In this document: one piece after another, positions 13,351 through 27,384 of the stretch
Layout: each line of letters opens with the position of its first letter
Position numbering within the stretch: position 1 is the stretch's first letter
Source of the DNA: Magallana gigas
Taxonomy: Eukaryota
NCBI RefSeq assembly: GCF_963853765.1
Contig: NC_088856.1
Location: 23,188,001-23,252,000, forward strand
DNA length: 64,000 nucleotides
Direction of reading: 5' to 3'
The notes under the pieces: generated by a model
The model's database searches: none
The model's input: the letters and a program-made list of their open reading frames with translations, nothing else
Told to the model about the DNA's origin: nothing
Position numbers and translations under genes: made by a program

Positions 13351-15483
13351 ATGGAGTATCATATCCGATGGATTTTAAGTACTTTGTTTATTATTTGTAA
13401 GTATAAAAGTATTTGTTCACCATAGTATGCACCCGATCGCCTAAGTTGAGGTTAATAAACTTTCAGGTTTATCGTAGGTCTTTACGTAGAACTTTAGGGC
13501 TTTAAATAGATATGTGTGGAACAATGTAGAGAAACAAATTCAAATGTCATTATTTTTAGCAAAAATTATGACTTTTAATGCAATTAAAGCCAGTTTTAAC
13601 ACTTGTAATTAGACAATATTAAAGACAGTTTATGTTCGTATTAATTACAATGATGGATATTGTTATTTTACACAGAAATAATGTAAAGATCATGATTTAC
13701 ATCATTATTTACAAAACAGTGATACAAGAAGTTTATTTTTTCTAACCAAATGTCTTCAAGTTGTCACTTCTGCTGTTACAAGAAGAATATAATAGTTTTG
13801 TTTTTTACTTGAATCGTTTTGCGTTCTGTAGTGCTGATGTACTTTCATAAATAATCTATCAAACCCCACAATGTATAGTTTTTAATTTCTAGTTTATCCC
13901 AGGTGGTATTCATTGTAGGTTGATGAACACATTTACCTTTAGAATACATACATTTCCTTGAACAAAAGAGCTTTGAATCTATAAATTATCAAAGATATAC
14001 AGAAAATTGATACGTCAATTCAAAGCTGTATTGAACATTCCTTTCCATTGGATTCTCTCGCTTGCTCTAAATATACAACATGCTAATAAAATGAAGATAT
14101 AATAGATATTATCTTCTTGCAAGTTAGGCAAAATTTATGTATGACAAATTATTTTGACATTTGTGATTTCAGTTTACTGTATACTGGGCAATGAAGCAGA
14201 ATATAGATACCGAAGAAGAACAACATCCTACAGCATGTAAGAATAGCGTTCGTTGTCATATAAACAGTATTTTTTCGGTTTGCCTTACTGTTTCATCTAT
14301 AAGGAATCTAGTGACAACTCTTAGGGATCTATAGCATATATTAAAAATGTTACCCACCTACGACTTATAGCAAGGCCAAGGTTAAGGGTTTTTTAGTGAC
14401 AATCAGAAAATTCCAAAATTATGCTCAGTCATATCGTAAGTTGCTCTTTTTTTAGCTACGGTGACGTATACATTTATTGGTATACGCATGAATACTGTTT
14501 CATGCTGACACTGAGGACTAAATTTTTCGTCGTCTTCTTTAATCGGCAAAAGCATATACTTAATTGAGCATTTTAAAACAATACAAACTGTATCGAGTAG
14601 CCTTCGTAGGCTATTGCACTGCCTTTATACAGCCTTCGTAGTTCTTAAGACCATTGAAGAACATCGTAGATCTTGCAACACTGCGAATGTCTTAGGTCTC
14701 AAGAATTACTTAAAGCGTCCGACCAGTTACTGTGAACCTCCAATTAGTTAATGACATGCAGTGTTCCTCAACTAAATACATGTACAGTGTACATTTTATA
14801 AGAATGCAATGCAAATGATTAAGTTGATAATAAAATGTAGGAAATAGTGCAATAAACGAATAAACACATTAATAACAAAAAGTTATGTATGGTGATAATT
14901 TATGGAAAAATAAAATGTTCCAAATTAAGTTTGTTGCTGGTGGTTTTCAATTTACTGTGGTTTTATAAAATTTATTAGTATTTCGTAAGAGCCCCCTTAA
15001 TACAGTAACATTTACATTTACACATTTTGTTTTATTGAAGGGAACCCTGGATGATTGCAATGATAGTAGTGAGCTGCCTATCAATAATAGCTGTACCTGT
15101 GGTAATCATGATCTGTATTAAGTGTGGCTGCTGCAAAGTCCAGCAACGGGCACCTCATACACAAAGTACGTATTAGTATATTGGCTTCGATCACAACTGT
15201 AAATTTCTTTCTAAATACACGAAACACATTCTAAGGCCTTTATATAATAATATCGAAACATTTTCATTGCAAGATGAGACTTTTATCTTGTTTTTTAGTT
15301 ATTCAAAATGGTGGACAACAGATGTATCCTCCCCCTCCTCCTTATGGATACAGTAACCCGGCTGACAGCTCAGGAAATCCTGGGAACCAGTTTAATTATG
15401 CAGGGACACAGGGGTTCTCTCAACCCATGCAAAATAACTATGGCTCTCCAATGGAAACATATAATACAGACGGAAAGTATTAA
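13351..15483 (+). CDS. Small single-pass membrane protein with PPxY tail, copy 1 (139 aa, 4 coding exons: 13351-13396, 14173-14236, 15041-15165, 15299-15483)
   Basis: All introns are GT-AG with matching phases (1,2,1). Product: MEYHIRWILSTLFIIFYCILG (signal peptide-like), NEAEYRYRRRTTSYSMEPW, TM MIAMIVVSCLSIIAVPVVIMICI, KCGCCK, then QQMYPPPPPYGY...NTDGKY*. Exon boundaries are conserved in copy 2. Confidence 0.85.
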
Positions 15484-18400
15484 TATGCTTGCATGTTAAT
15501 ACACAAGTGGTGTAAAGTCAATGTCAAATTTTAAATAATGAAAAGGTTTTGTTTTTGTTTTGTATGTATATTTTTAACACTGATGCCACAGTGATTTGTT
15601 TTCTCGCATATTGTCTTTGTTCAACCTTCTTTATTTTTGAAGGGGGTTATTGTGTAGATTCTTTAATCAATTTAATTATATTTTCAATGGTTTTGTATGG
15701 CAAAATAAAAAAAATTAAGGATATCATTTTAGTTACTATGTATGATTACAATTACATGTAATTCTATTAAGGATAGTATTCCCCAGCGTCAAAAGTATAT
15801 ATCTTTTAAGAGTTTTCTAGTTGAAGTAAGAAGAAAGATTCACCACACACAATCACACTATATTGAACGCCCCCATTGTAACACACTTTTCCGACGAGTT
15901 TAGCTCTACTTGATCTATTAAATCTTTGAATTTAGTTAAAACAACGAAGGTTGAAAAATGCTATTTGATTATTTTTAGTTATGAATAATGAACTCTTAGC
16001 CGGATAATTAAGCAATTATATACTTTCTTGACAGCGTTCTATCATATTGAATAGATCAAGTTTGTCAAAACTGCACCTGAGGCGAGTGAAAAATATGCCA
16101 CCTTTTTAATGGCATGATTATTTGGCACACGCTTACATTTTACACGCAATGAGCTGATAGAAGGAATAGTTGGTCACAGAAATAATTGGACCATTTCTTT
16201 ATTTTCTTAATAATTCACTGCATATTTTACTTAGTTGAGAAAAATCCAATAAACAATAATACACATAATACAATACACGCATTAGACGGTGAAAATAGAA
16301 GATAAGAATTGTAACACGTCTTACAAATGCATATCACTTGATACAACTTCCTGCATAAGAATGCTGAAATTTGAAATAACCTATGTGCATTTTACTGATC
16401 AGATATGACGATGTGTAAAATGTACCTTCTCAAATGTACTTTGAGACTCGGAGTAAATGATGTAAGGTAAGACGAATGATCAAATTTTGATAGGAAACTG
16501 ACTACTATTTATGAAGTGAACAAATTTTGAAACATATGAGTGTATATTTATATAATTATGAACGATTTTTAAAATGGCATTAAACTGTTCTTCATTATTG
16601 AAGTATAATTTTTAGACTATACGCATCTAATGTATCCTTAATTGATTTGTTTTCATGACATCTGAAATGGACGTTCAAACATTTTTGAACATGTACTTAG
16701 AAAACCAAAAATCATTTATAGTGATTAGACTGAATTTTAATCGCTTGAGTATTTGCCCGTTTCAAAGTTATTGTAAACGGTTCATTTCTTATATTTGCAA
16801 ACAAGATAAAGAGATTTACACCACAAATAAAAACTTATATTTATTTCAGATAATTTTCTAACTAAAATATCATTTCCTTATTGTTTCAATTGTTTGTCAT
16901 GCGTTGCATTCGAAAAATTGTTTCATTGTTTTAAATTTACATGAAAGAATATGAACAACCCGCTTGCTACATAAAAGAAGGCAAAAATAACGTTTGGTCT
17001 AGAACAAATTGATGTAATCAAGTGGACAGCAATAAACTCAACAAAGCAAAGGTGATAAATTGTTTTGCTGGTGATTGTTGAATTAAAAGCAGGTCGATTT
17101 TAAAAAGATTGTATTATGCATACGGAAGTATTTTCAAATATTTCCGGATTCCAACCTTTTATTTCAATCAATGTAAAAACACATTTCGCCAAATGTTAGT
17201 ACGTTTCGTATGGTGTGTTAAAACTGTTTTTTTTTCATAACATTTATTAGTTTCTTTGTTCCTTATTTGCTTCTAAATCTAGAAGATTTACAATGCGAAA
17301 AAGACATTGTTTTGTGATGTGTTCATGTTGATTAGTCGGGAGGGTAATCAGGGTACGAAGATTTAGTTTTATTTTGTTTTTCAAAAGGGTTATATAAATT
17401 GTAATAGATTCAAAAGGTCAATTGATCATACCCGCTTGCTACAGGTAAGTACCAATCATATGTGGTAAACGTAATAAGAAGTACATGCATATAAACTAAA
17501 CCTGTTAACATACAATTACATGTAACTGATACAGTGTTCAGTATTAGTATTGCTTTCTTATTTTAAGGCTGTAGTTTATTTGTTGAAATTCATACACAAA
17601 CTATTTTTAGTATTTATTTCATTTGATTATTATTTTTATGAATAAGGTTGAATTGATATGAACAAATGAATCTATTTTCTGGCGCATTAAAGGATCAATT
17701 AAATTGGCTTACCGCTATGCATAAATGTAAATATACATAAAGATGATTTAAAAGACTATTTTTTTTCAACCATTAATTATGACTACATGTAACAATGATA
17801 TACCAAACTATACGCGCTCTAGAATTTTCGGTTGCAAAGATGAGCCCTTTAATATGTTATCCTTTAAAAAGACAGGACACATTTTCATGTGTATATTTCC
17901 TGAAATAAAATGAACAGGAAATTAAATATAAAAGCGACAAAACATTTACCTAACAAGGAATGTTGAAATTTAATAAGACAGTTCAGTTTATATACAACTG
18001 TTCTTATATAATAAGGTCCATTCAGTTTCGTTTTTCTTTTCACTGAAGATTTCAATACGTCATTGTGACTTTTTCATGTAAAACATAAATTATATAAAGA
18101 TATAAAGTGTACATATTCTCGTTTCACGTGAAACGGCATACTTTTTTATTGTTACAAAATAGCACATCAGTTGAAAAGTTATGAACAACACAAGGTCGTA
18201 TTACAAACCTCTTAAAAATTACACCAATGTTCTGAAATTGCTTACATATAGTTGAGTACACAAATTGTTAACCAGAGATAGCGGTGAGCATATCCTTGTA
18301 ACGCAAGTGTGTACTGTAGGATTTGTTTTTTGAAAGTGACATGATTTGTTATTTTTTTAGACACCTTAACCCCTTCTTTGATTTATTTAGAACAAAATCA

Positions 18401-18644
18401 ATATTGGATAGACATACTTTTTCTTATATTTTTAAAGTATTACAAAATACCCGTTTATACCTTAGGTAAAGGAAAACATATGTGTCGGTCTCAAATTTGT
18501 TACTTAAAGAAAAAACAAAAAAGAGGGGTGGGGGGGGGGGGTTTCCATAATGTTAGAATTTTTTCGAAAACAAAACAAACTGAAATGTTCTGTTTAAAAT
18601 AATATTTTAATTCTTAATGACTTGACACATATTGATTATTAATG

Positions 18645-19720
18645 CAATTTATTCAATGTGCATATACATATACACTTTTGTTAGTTATTACAAAATAATA
18701 GCATGTTTTACAATGCAATACTAACGATACAAGATCTTACAATTAGCTGACTCTATTTAACGATTCTATTAATGATTTTGCATCTCTATCACCAGCATCT
18801 GTTTGATTTTAACAATATTTTATTATGTAAAAAAAATATCACATAATAGGATTGGGCAGCAGGCAATCTGCCTATTTGAGCCCTCTCCTTTAACAGTCAA
18901 TTTGACAAACATTGATGGTACAATGTAACAATAGATTATAGTAGAGAAAAATAAAGGAAAAAATAAAATAAAAATAAGTGGAATCAAAATGCTTGGTACC
19001 GGGTATTATTTATGTACAAAATAAAAAATAGTTGTAGAAAGCTAGCAGTTCAGCTGTTTGAGTGACACTGTGAATAATGCATTAAAACTTAAATCTTTTG
19101 GTAGCTAATATATAATCATGTACAATCTTAAATATAGCAACATTTTCGTTATAAGGCAAACTACTGTCCCCATATAACAATAAGTCCAGAGAGATGGGGG
19201 TATCTAAGTGTAAATTACTTATTGACTGCATAAAAACTTGCCTCTGTGCATCATAATGTGGACAGACAAAAAAATAATGATAAGCATTTTCAGATACATA
19301 ACCACACATATTACAAATAGAATTTTCACACAAAAAATGATTGAATAGGTCAGCATTTAAATTGCTTGCATTATTTCTTATCTGACAATGTATAATATTT
19401 GCTTTTCTGTTTCCAAAGTCATAAAGTTTGTTTGGCTTTCTAAAGAATATGTTTTTTTATGGCTGTTTTGAATGAAGACTCAGTTGGTAAAGTTCTAATG
19501 TGAAGAGGTAATTCGTTCCATAATTTTATAGATGAAGGTAGAAAGCTGTTCATAAAGGCAGTTGTTTTTATCTGGGGTATAACAAATTTAAAATCATCTT
19601 GGTGTCTTAGTGAGTAATTATTTTGCGGTGTACATGGCATAAGTAAATCCTGTAGATATTTGGGAGCAAGACCATGGACCATTTTATAAAATAATGTGAG
19701 TTTATGAACCAGCATCTGTT
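18645..19720 (-). mobile_element. 5'-truncated CR1/L2-clade LINE (ORF2 C-terminus and 3' UTR)
   Basis: HKLTLFYKMVHGLAPKYL...SFLPSSIKLWNELP and CGYVSENAYHYFFVCPHY...LLLYGD...N..IF..V..YI..TKRF are typical of the post-RT end of CR1/L2 ORF2. The frame is broken; 3' UTR limits are approximate. Confidence 0.88.
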
Positions 19721-22489
19721 TAACGTCAGCCTGTAGGTCCTGAATATGCCGCTCTATTATCAATGGAACTAATAAAAACCCTCCTTATGTTTAAGAAGAT
19801 AAATACTTTTCCACGATCACCAGAAGAGTAAGCGTACAGGAAGTTCTAGCAACTATTAAAGTAGGCAAGCTAAACTTCGAAGTTAAAAAAAATATTGTTT
19901 GGGGACCTGGATACAATTCAACCTAATCAATATTTTCAGTGATATAACAGATGTGGTTAGCGTTGCATCTGCGTGAGAAATTATATTTTAAAACTTTTGG
20001 CAATACGTATACGTATATGCACATGGAGTTACTGTTTGAAAGAAATGTATATCAAGATCTTGGTTTTAGAGCAATGAAACAGCATATGCAACTCATTGCC
20101 AACGTTCGTATTTCACCATGCCGCAATTGTAATCAGGATGTGGGAATTGTCGGTGCACTGCATTGATCTGTGATAAAAATCAATAGGCATTACAGAAACA
20201 CTGTTCATATCCAGGTTTAGACAAGGTAAGCAAAACTGTAAAATATACTTCCAAAAGTCAAATGAATATCTTTAACATTTTTTTTATGATTTACTATTAT
20301 AAATTAAAGCAGTTTGAATTGATAATAGTTCGTGCTTTTTAAATAAGCTAATTTAATCGATAAACGTTTTACAAAATTAACACGTAGTCATATATTTCTA
20401 TAGATTCTGAATCAGTTTTCATTTTTTATCTAGAAACTAATGAATTTTTTTATTCATGTAAATAACATGAATTCAATACAAACATATGATTTTTGACAGC
20501 ATTAAAAAAGGCAAATTTACGCCTCGATGCATTTCTATGTATACTTTGTCTGAAACCGAAAGTAAGCATAATACAGAAGTTAAAGCTGACATGAATTCAT
20601 AAAAGCATTTGGTCGCCATATTAGTTTCGATCGCTCCTCTACTGCCACTGGGGTATATATACCGGTTGAAAAAGTTACGGTCGGTTGCTTTCCGATCGAG
20701 GCATTCACGTTGCACGTAACTTCTAAATGCATGAACTACACATTGTAGTAAAATGTAGTAATAAAGAATAAAGAAAACAACAAGCAATGAAATACAAAAT
20801 ATTTATATTCTTTGAAAGGCTATCCAAGGTATCCGTATTATTTTGCACAGACAGTGCTGCCTTACTTCGCATGCACATCGAACACGTGTGTCGTTCATAC
20901 AGAGTGCATAACGTCTGCATCTTCTTGAAAACCCCGGCGACACTACATCCAACACAGTAGCTAAATGATAGTAAATCCAAGAAAGTAACAACGTTTCCAT
21001 CCGTTCCTACAAAAACTCCCCGTTTATAAAATCCATGCGATAATTGACATTGCTCGATCTGCGACAGTGTGTGGTTTGCGCATGTGCGATGTTATAACAT
21101 ACACAGGAAAACGGTCTACAATTATCGAGGAATTTTGGAAGTATCTGCGCCTGGATTTCAGTCGGTCTTGTTTCGTCGTTTATTGGATATATCTTGCCAG
21201 TGAAGTGGTTGTCATATTATTTTTGTTCAAACGCGTTTTTACAAGTCTTTTCGTCCAAGGTAACGTGTTTGGGTGCATGAAATTCCTGAATGCGGTGAAG
21301 CATGACGAGGGCTCTCGGCCTTATATAGGGGTGTGTAGCGATGAGCAGAACAATAGAAATCGACAACTAATATGGCGGTAGTCGGAGAGAAAAGGGAAAT
21401 AATGCGTATCTATGAATTCATGTCAGCAAATAAAAATCTATTATACCTTTTCAGTGATTTTGATCTGAAAAAATGAAAACTCCTTCTGTAATATAATCGG
21501 AAACGCAACAAAATTTGAACACTTTGATTCAGATTTATAACAATTTTTATGAGCAGGCTCACAGCAAAAAAAACTGTGCAGTTGCAGTTGCAATTTTCAT
21601 ATGCATTTATTTCAGAATGAGTGTACAACTTATTTTATATGACGGTCGTTTGTAGTGTTGAATACATTGTATTTTGCTGTATTAGCTTATGATGTACGAC
21701 TCAGTACATGTATCTCGAAAATGCTTCATTTTGTAAATTGGCATGACATGTCGAACGTACTACCTCGTAATTTCGTCTTACGGTATATCTCGTACATGTA
21801 CCTGGAAGCTACTTTAGTTACGTATTCATTCAAAGTGATTGTGAATGAGAACTCATTGTCACTATCCATATATACCAGTAACAACCTAATAACCAGTAAC
21901 TAATATTGACCTCAGATACATAGAAATATGCACCGATGATATAAATTGTGTCACTCTATATTAAGATATAGGCATTACATATACGACATGCGAATGGCTT
22001 GTGTTCCGATAAGAGATTTCTTGTGTAAATTATGCAAAAGGATATCATCTGATAAGAAAGAAACTGTACCTAAAATAAATCTGGTAAAATTATCAAAACT
22101 ATCACAGACTAAACGTACATCAGAAATATATTCGAGTTATTTAAAAGTAAAGGTAAAACATGTTTGAACCTGCTGCAAAGAAAATACGACCAGCTAGTTC
22201 GGCCTTGATTGTGTATCGATTTTTGTGTTAAAATTTCCGTATCCCTGAAGAAAACAAGGTATGTTAAACCGTCAATTTTACTTTAATTTGTAATCATTTG
22301 GAAAAGAATGAATCTGATAAGTTTGTTATGAAGATTAAAATTGACACAAAACAATGGTTTATGTTGTCAATAAATCATGTCACAGACAGGAATCAATCGA
22401 TAAAAAAATGGAAATAATCCTATACTATTTAACAGAGTCAATTGATTTTGTACAAAGAGTATGATTGTAATTGGAAATGATATAACAAT

Positions 22490-24350
22490 ATCTGACTCTT
22501 TAACAGAAAGAATGACAGTAGTAAATCAACACAACGAAATTAAAGTATACGCATGCTTTTTATTTAAACCGAAAGTGGTGCAGGGTAGGACATGATTAAC
22601 ATAATTTAAGGTAAAAAACAACAAATATCTGCAATAAATATCTTTAGAACATTTTATTACAAATAAAATTGTACATGAAGCGTTTGCAACTGTACATCCG
22701 TTTTACAAATGTATTTTTTTAAAACACTTTTTCTAGGTTAGTATATAAATTATTGATATATAAAGGTAAAGATTATTTTTTGCATATTTATCTGAGGGGA
22801 ATGTCTGTGCTTCATACAATATGAAATCATAATCAACTTTGACGTCACGATCTGCATTCTATTCGATTGTTATTAGGGAATGTATCGTAACGTTAGAAGT
22901 GAATTCTATTGAAAGTGTAATAAAAACTGCTCGTTTCCTTTAAATCGATGCTCTGTTTTTTGCTAGATGTACAGAATATATTTATATCAATAATCGGCAT
23001 TAAATATTCAGTAGATTTATTTAAACGAATATTTGTAAAGTATTGGTTTGAATATTCTCCCTGTTACGTGTTAACAACTAAAAAAAGAAATTTTATTTCA
23101 TGTAAAAAAACAAACAGCATGGCGCAGGGGAAAGATCAATACAGTTTTCGAATATTATAAGTTACATTGTTTGAAAATATGGGCACCAAAGTGAATCAAG
23201 CTTGGGAAACCTACGCATTTTCCTAAATTTTAAGTAAATCGCTTTTAATTAATAAAAATGTTCCTTATTTTGATGATTTAGCTAAATGTTTTAGCAATAT
23301 CTTTAATAAACGAAATATGTATTTGAAGCCAAAGCAAGAATTCCAAAGTGTATGACATTACAAAGGATATTCCATAAAAATATTTCTGATTTAATGTCAT
23401 CAATTACCTGCGCTGATGCGATTTCTTCAGACAATATGCATTATTACACTTTCATGTTAAATACTGATATCTGTTTGGTTTAGACGCAGTTGATAATTCG
23501 TTCTATTACCCTCAGCGTTAGCAACACACTTAGCAACGGGTAACACTTTATAAATAGTGCCTGTTTGGGAAGGTAACTGTTGAAATTGACACCCCGAGAG
23601 AACCATTGTCAACCGACGCGAAGCGGGACACCTTAACATTGGTGCGCATCTTACAGTCCTTGTTGATGATACAAAGTGTCATTAGAACCCATTATAAAAT
23701 TTCTGGTTTTTTTTATTTTCAAAATAACCAAACGTTTGGTTTTGTATGATTATTTTTGCGACGGTCGTGTAAAATGATAAATTAAGCTAGCATTTCATTT
23801 TGTTTTACATTATCTTAATATTCTATTTTACAAAGTAAATTAATCAAGTACAAAAGATATATTTGTTAATGGCCATGATAAAATCTTATCTAACTTCTTA
23901 ACAGAAAGAATGACAAAAAAAAAAACCAACACAACGAAATTTAAGTATACGGATTTTTTTTAAACCGAAAGTAACGCAGTATAGGATTTAACTAACATTA
24001 AAAAACCACAACAAATATCTGCAATAAGTAGCTTTAGAGCATTGCTATACAAAATATAGTCGGGACATTTTGAACATCATTTTTACAAATGTGTTTCTGA
24101 CACCTGGCTTATATTTCAAATTATCGATAACTTTATATAAAGATTATGTGTTTATATTTATCTTAGGGGGATTCCTATCTTACGCATTTACCAAGTCCAT
24201 TGTTGTGATAAAAAGTATCATTAAAACCCTTACATAAATTTTCTGTTTTTGTCAATTTCAAAATAAGTAAACAATTAGTTTTGTCTGATTACCTTTGCGA
24301 CGATTGTCTAAACTGATTAAAAAAAACAGCATTTCATTTTGTTCCCTGCA
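22490..24350 (+). repeat. Degenerate local direct duplications upstream of the receptor start
   Basis: 22490-22760 resembles 23885-24120 (taacagaaagaatgaca..caacacaacgaaat..aaaccgaaagt..caacaaatatctgcaataa); 23665-23800 resembles 24205-24345. Confidence 0.75.
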
Positions 24351-24873
24351 ATGTGTTTCGGATGAAAATAATTGATAATCATTATAACTCTTGATTCACG
24401 GTGTTATAATATTAGAATAAAAATAATTTCATGATTTTTACATTCAATTTCACACGGTAAATATGTGTCTTTCAGTCATCTGAATTGTAAAAGAAAGGTC
24501 TGGGAAGGTGACTGTATAGCAGAGCTCTGTCATCGTTTCGGATCTTCCAGTCCTCCTTGAGTCGCATAAATGTCAGTGCTATATTTTTTGATTAAGAAAA
24601 ACATTCTGCTTTTGCTGTTGAAAAGTGTAACAAGCTCATATAATAATGTTTTGTGTTATTTTATTTACAAGTATACTTTTAAACGCTGTGTCATTGATGT
24701 CAATGTTGAGATTGGACAGATTTTATTGGGGAAAAAAGTCAACCGCCTTCAGGCAGCCAGTAATACTAACATGCAAGCATATGTTGACTTGAGATATGAT
24801 TAGGTAATTATAACATGAAATTTTACATTTTCAAGTTTACGTTTCATCATTCTAGTGTATATAAAGATCGACC

Positions 24874-27349
24874 ATGGTGCTATTCCAAGCTTTGTTGATT
24901 GTGATCATACAGAACGTTGAACTGAAGGTAATATAATTAAAAATTAAGATAGTATCTATGTTTAGATCTCATAATTTGCAAGGATATGATATATGACTTG
25001 ATGAAAAATGATTGCAGTTGCAAATTTTGTAAAATAAAACAAAATGTTTTATACATACGGAAAACAAACATTTTAAATTTGTTATCAATTACTAAAGCAT
25101 ATTATCGTCGAAATGTGATGTAATAATGAAACCTATCAAAACAGTTCACCGTAAACTATATTAAATATTTTGTAATTGTTAACTGTTATTTGCTAATAAT
25201 CAATTGAATATACATGTAAATAAATCAAACTTATAGAGAAGAAAGCTTAGGTTTGACAACTACATAATTATGTACAGTCATGCATCTGAAATTAAAACTG
25301 TGATTTTGAAGATTTATGATCATGTGATTAAATACTACAAGTGTTTATGTAAATCTTAAATACATTGCACAAAAAGTGTTATTGTTTTGACAAAGAATAA
25401 CAATTTAACTTCTTTTTTGAAGAGCAACTTTTCAGAGCTTGGGTATATTACCGTCCATTCATGTCCAAAAAGTCCAGGGGAATGGAATGATTCATCACTG
25501 CGACTTAATTGTAACGACACACATAAGTATCATTGTGCTCCATATCTAAGTGAGACATCTCAACTTTACGAGTTTTGCTACAGAAGTCTCAATATTAGCA
25601 AAGGTAAATGATATAAATCATTTAATCCAATTTGTTTGCCAAAAATGTTTAAGTTTTGTAAAATAAATTAAAATATTATCTGCTTTTATCAGCTTTTATC
25701 TGCTTTTATCAGCATTCAATTTGTTGTTACAAAGTCAGTTTATGCATTTACCATAAAACAACATTTTAAAATATTAAATTGCAAGGTTGTAAAAGAAAAT
25801 ATCCAGAAAGTTATTATATCGTAGCTCAATCAGATCAGATTCTTGATGCTCCCGATTATTGGCATTAAGCTTTGAGGATCTGCTTATAATAAAATGAAAA
25901 AAAATGACAATAACAAACAGTCAACCATCTCAAAAATCCATAAAACGAAATACAAATCAAAGCAAAGCAACACGGATCAGGTGCCTAGAAGGAGTGAACA
26001 TCCTCTGCTGATTGGTCCGGAAAAGACAATTAAGTGATTAATTATGGTCTAACAATTAATATGAAAAACGTCAGTCAGCATGCGATCCAGTGAATGATTG
26101 TATTTGCTGACAAGGTCGTTGTATCGACGATAGAACTTACAAAAATATGTCTGCAAACGAGACTGTTGCATAGTCATGTTTTATCAATTTGTTTGTCAGT
26201 AGCTTGCCTCGCCCTAGAAACTGTTCATACGAAGAGCATGCCCATGTGTATTAAATTAACTAAGAGACAAAAATGCCATATGCATATGATGAAGGTATAT
26301 TGCTACATAAGTAAGGAAAGTTGACTGCACAAACATTAAAGTCATCGCGTTTATTATGAAGTTTTGTTGTTAGATTACCATCAATGTCCATTGAATTATA
26401 TCTTACATGTAAATTAAAAAAATATATTTTACAATGCAATGAATCAAAAGATTCACTTTTTAAAAGTGTATGTCCTAGCAATGCATCTCATATATATAAC
26501 TTCTGTCTGTTATTCATTTTTTTCTTCAGGGAACTGCATTGGAATTAAGGACGATGGCAATATAAATGCCTACACATGTGAAAAGTTTGTATCTGGGTGT
26601 CCAGGTGATGATTACAGTAGTAGCGAAATACATAAATGTTAGTATCTTTTGAATTAATCTATTTTGTTGCTAACTTATGTTCTTTTTAACCAAACACATT
26701 TTCCTATGAAATCGTCGACAAATTATGAAGACCTATTAGTTTATTTATATTACTGAAAAGCAATATAAAAAGGCGTATAACGCTACCTCGAAATGCATTA
26801 TAACGCGGAAAAGTGTTCTAAACATAAAATAGGCGTTATATTACCTTTTTAAAAGGCATTTTATTGTCATTCTAAAACAAGAACAATAAGAAATATGAAA
26901 AATATGGGGATTGTTGTGTTTCAACTTCTTAAGGAATTAAAGATGGATGAAACCACTATTATTCTCCTTTAAAAGAAGCTTAGTTTACAGATATATAAAA
27001 AAAAAAATCAAATATCAAACCTAAATAACGAATTTTTCTTCATTGAATCAGTATTCAGTATTCCCAGTGGAATAGTTTCTGGCTTAAGAAAATATGCCAA
27101 AACTTTAAGGTACATGTAGTTCTGATGGTTTTGTTAAACATCCAGCCTCCTGGAAATGATTTCACATTGATGAGGCTTTTTCGTCTATCTTTCTTCATCT
27201 CATATTGCAAGAGCCTGATACAATTTTTATTAATGAATCATGGTCTTGATTTTGCGGTAGGAGTGCTCATGTCTGCTGCTCCGTTTACAAATTTAAAGTT
27301 TGATTGCTCGGTAATTTAAGTTTTATCGGTTTATAGCTTACTTGAGCCG

Positions 27350-27384
<35 letters not shown>

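Larger units (their letters stand above)
7190..15600. repeat. Segmental duplication unit A (TRIM plus PPxY-TM gene), paralogous to 52510-60200
   Basis: Colinear homologous blocks: 7219 agagttacttcccgtgcc / 52518; 9530-10240 / 54855-55550; 10965-11400 / 55590-56270; 12770-13700 / 56275-57300; 14160-15600 / 59260-60200. Confidence 0.9.

Noticed and set aside
15308-15499. Overlapping ORF MVDNRCILPLLL..., conserved at 59925-60170
   Set aside because: It is an alternative frame of exon 4. The synonymous-change pattern and splice phases support the PPPPPY frame.
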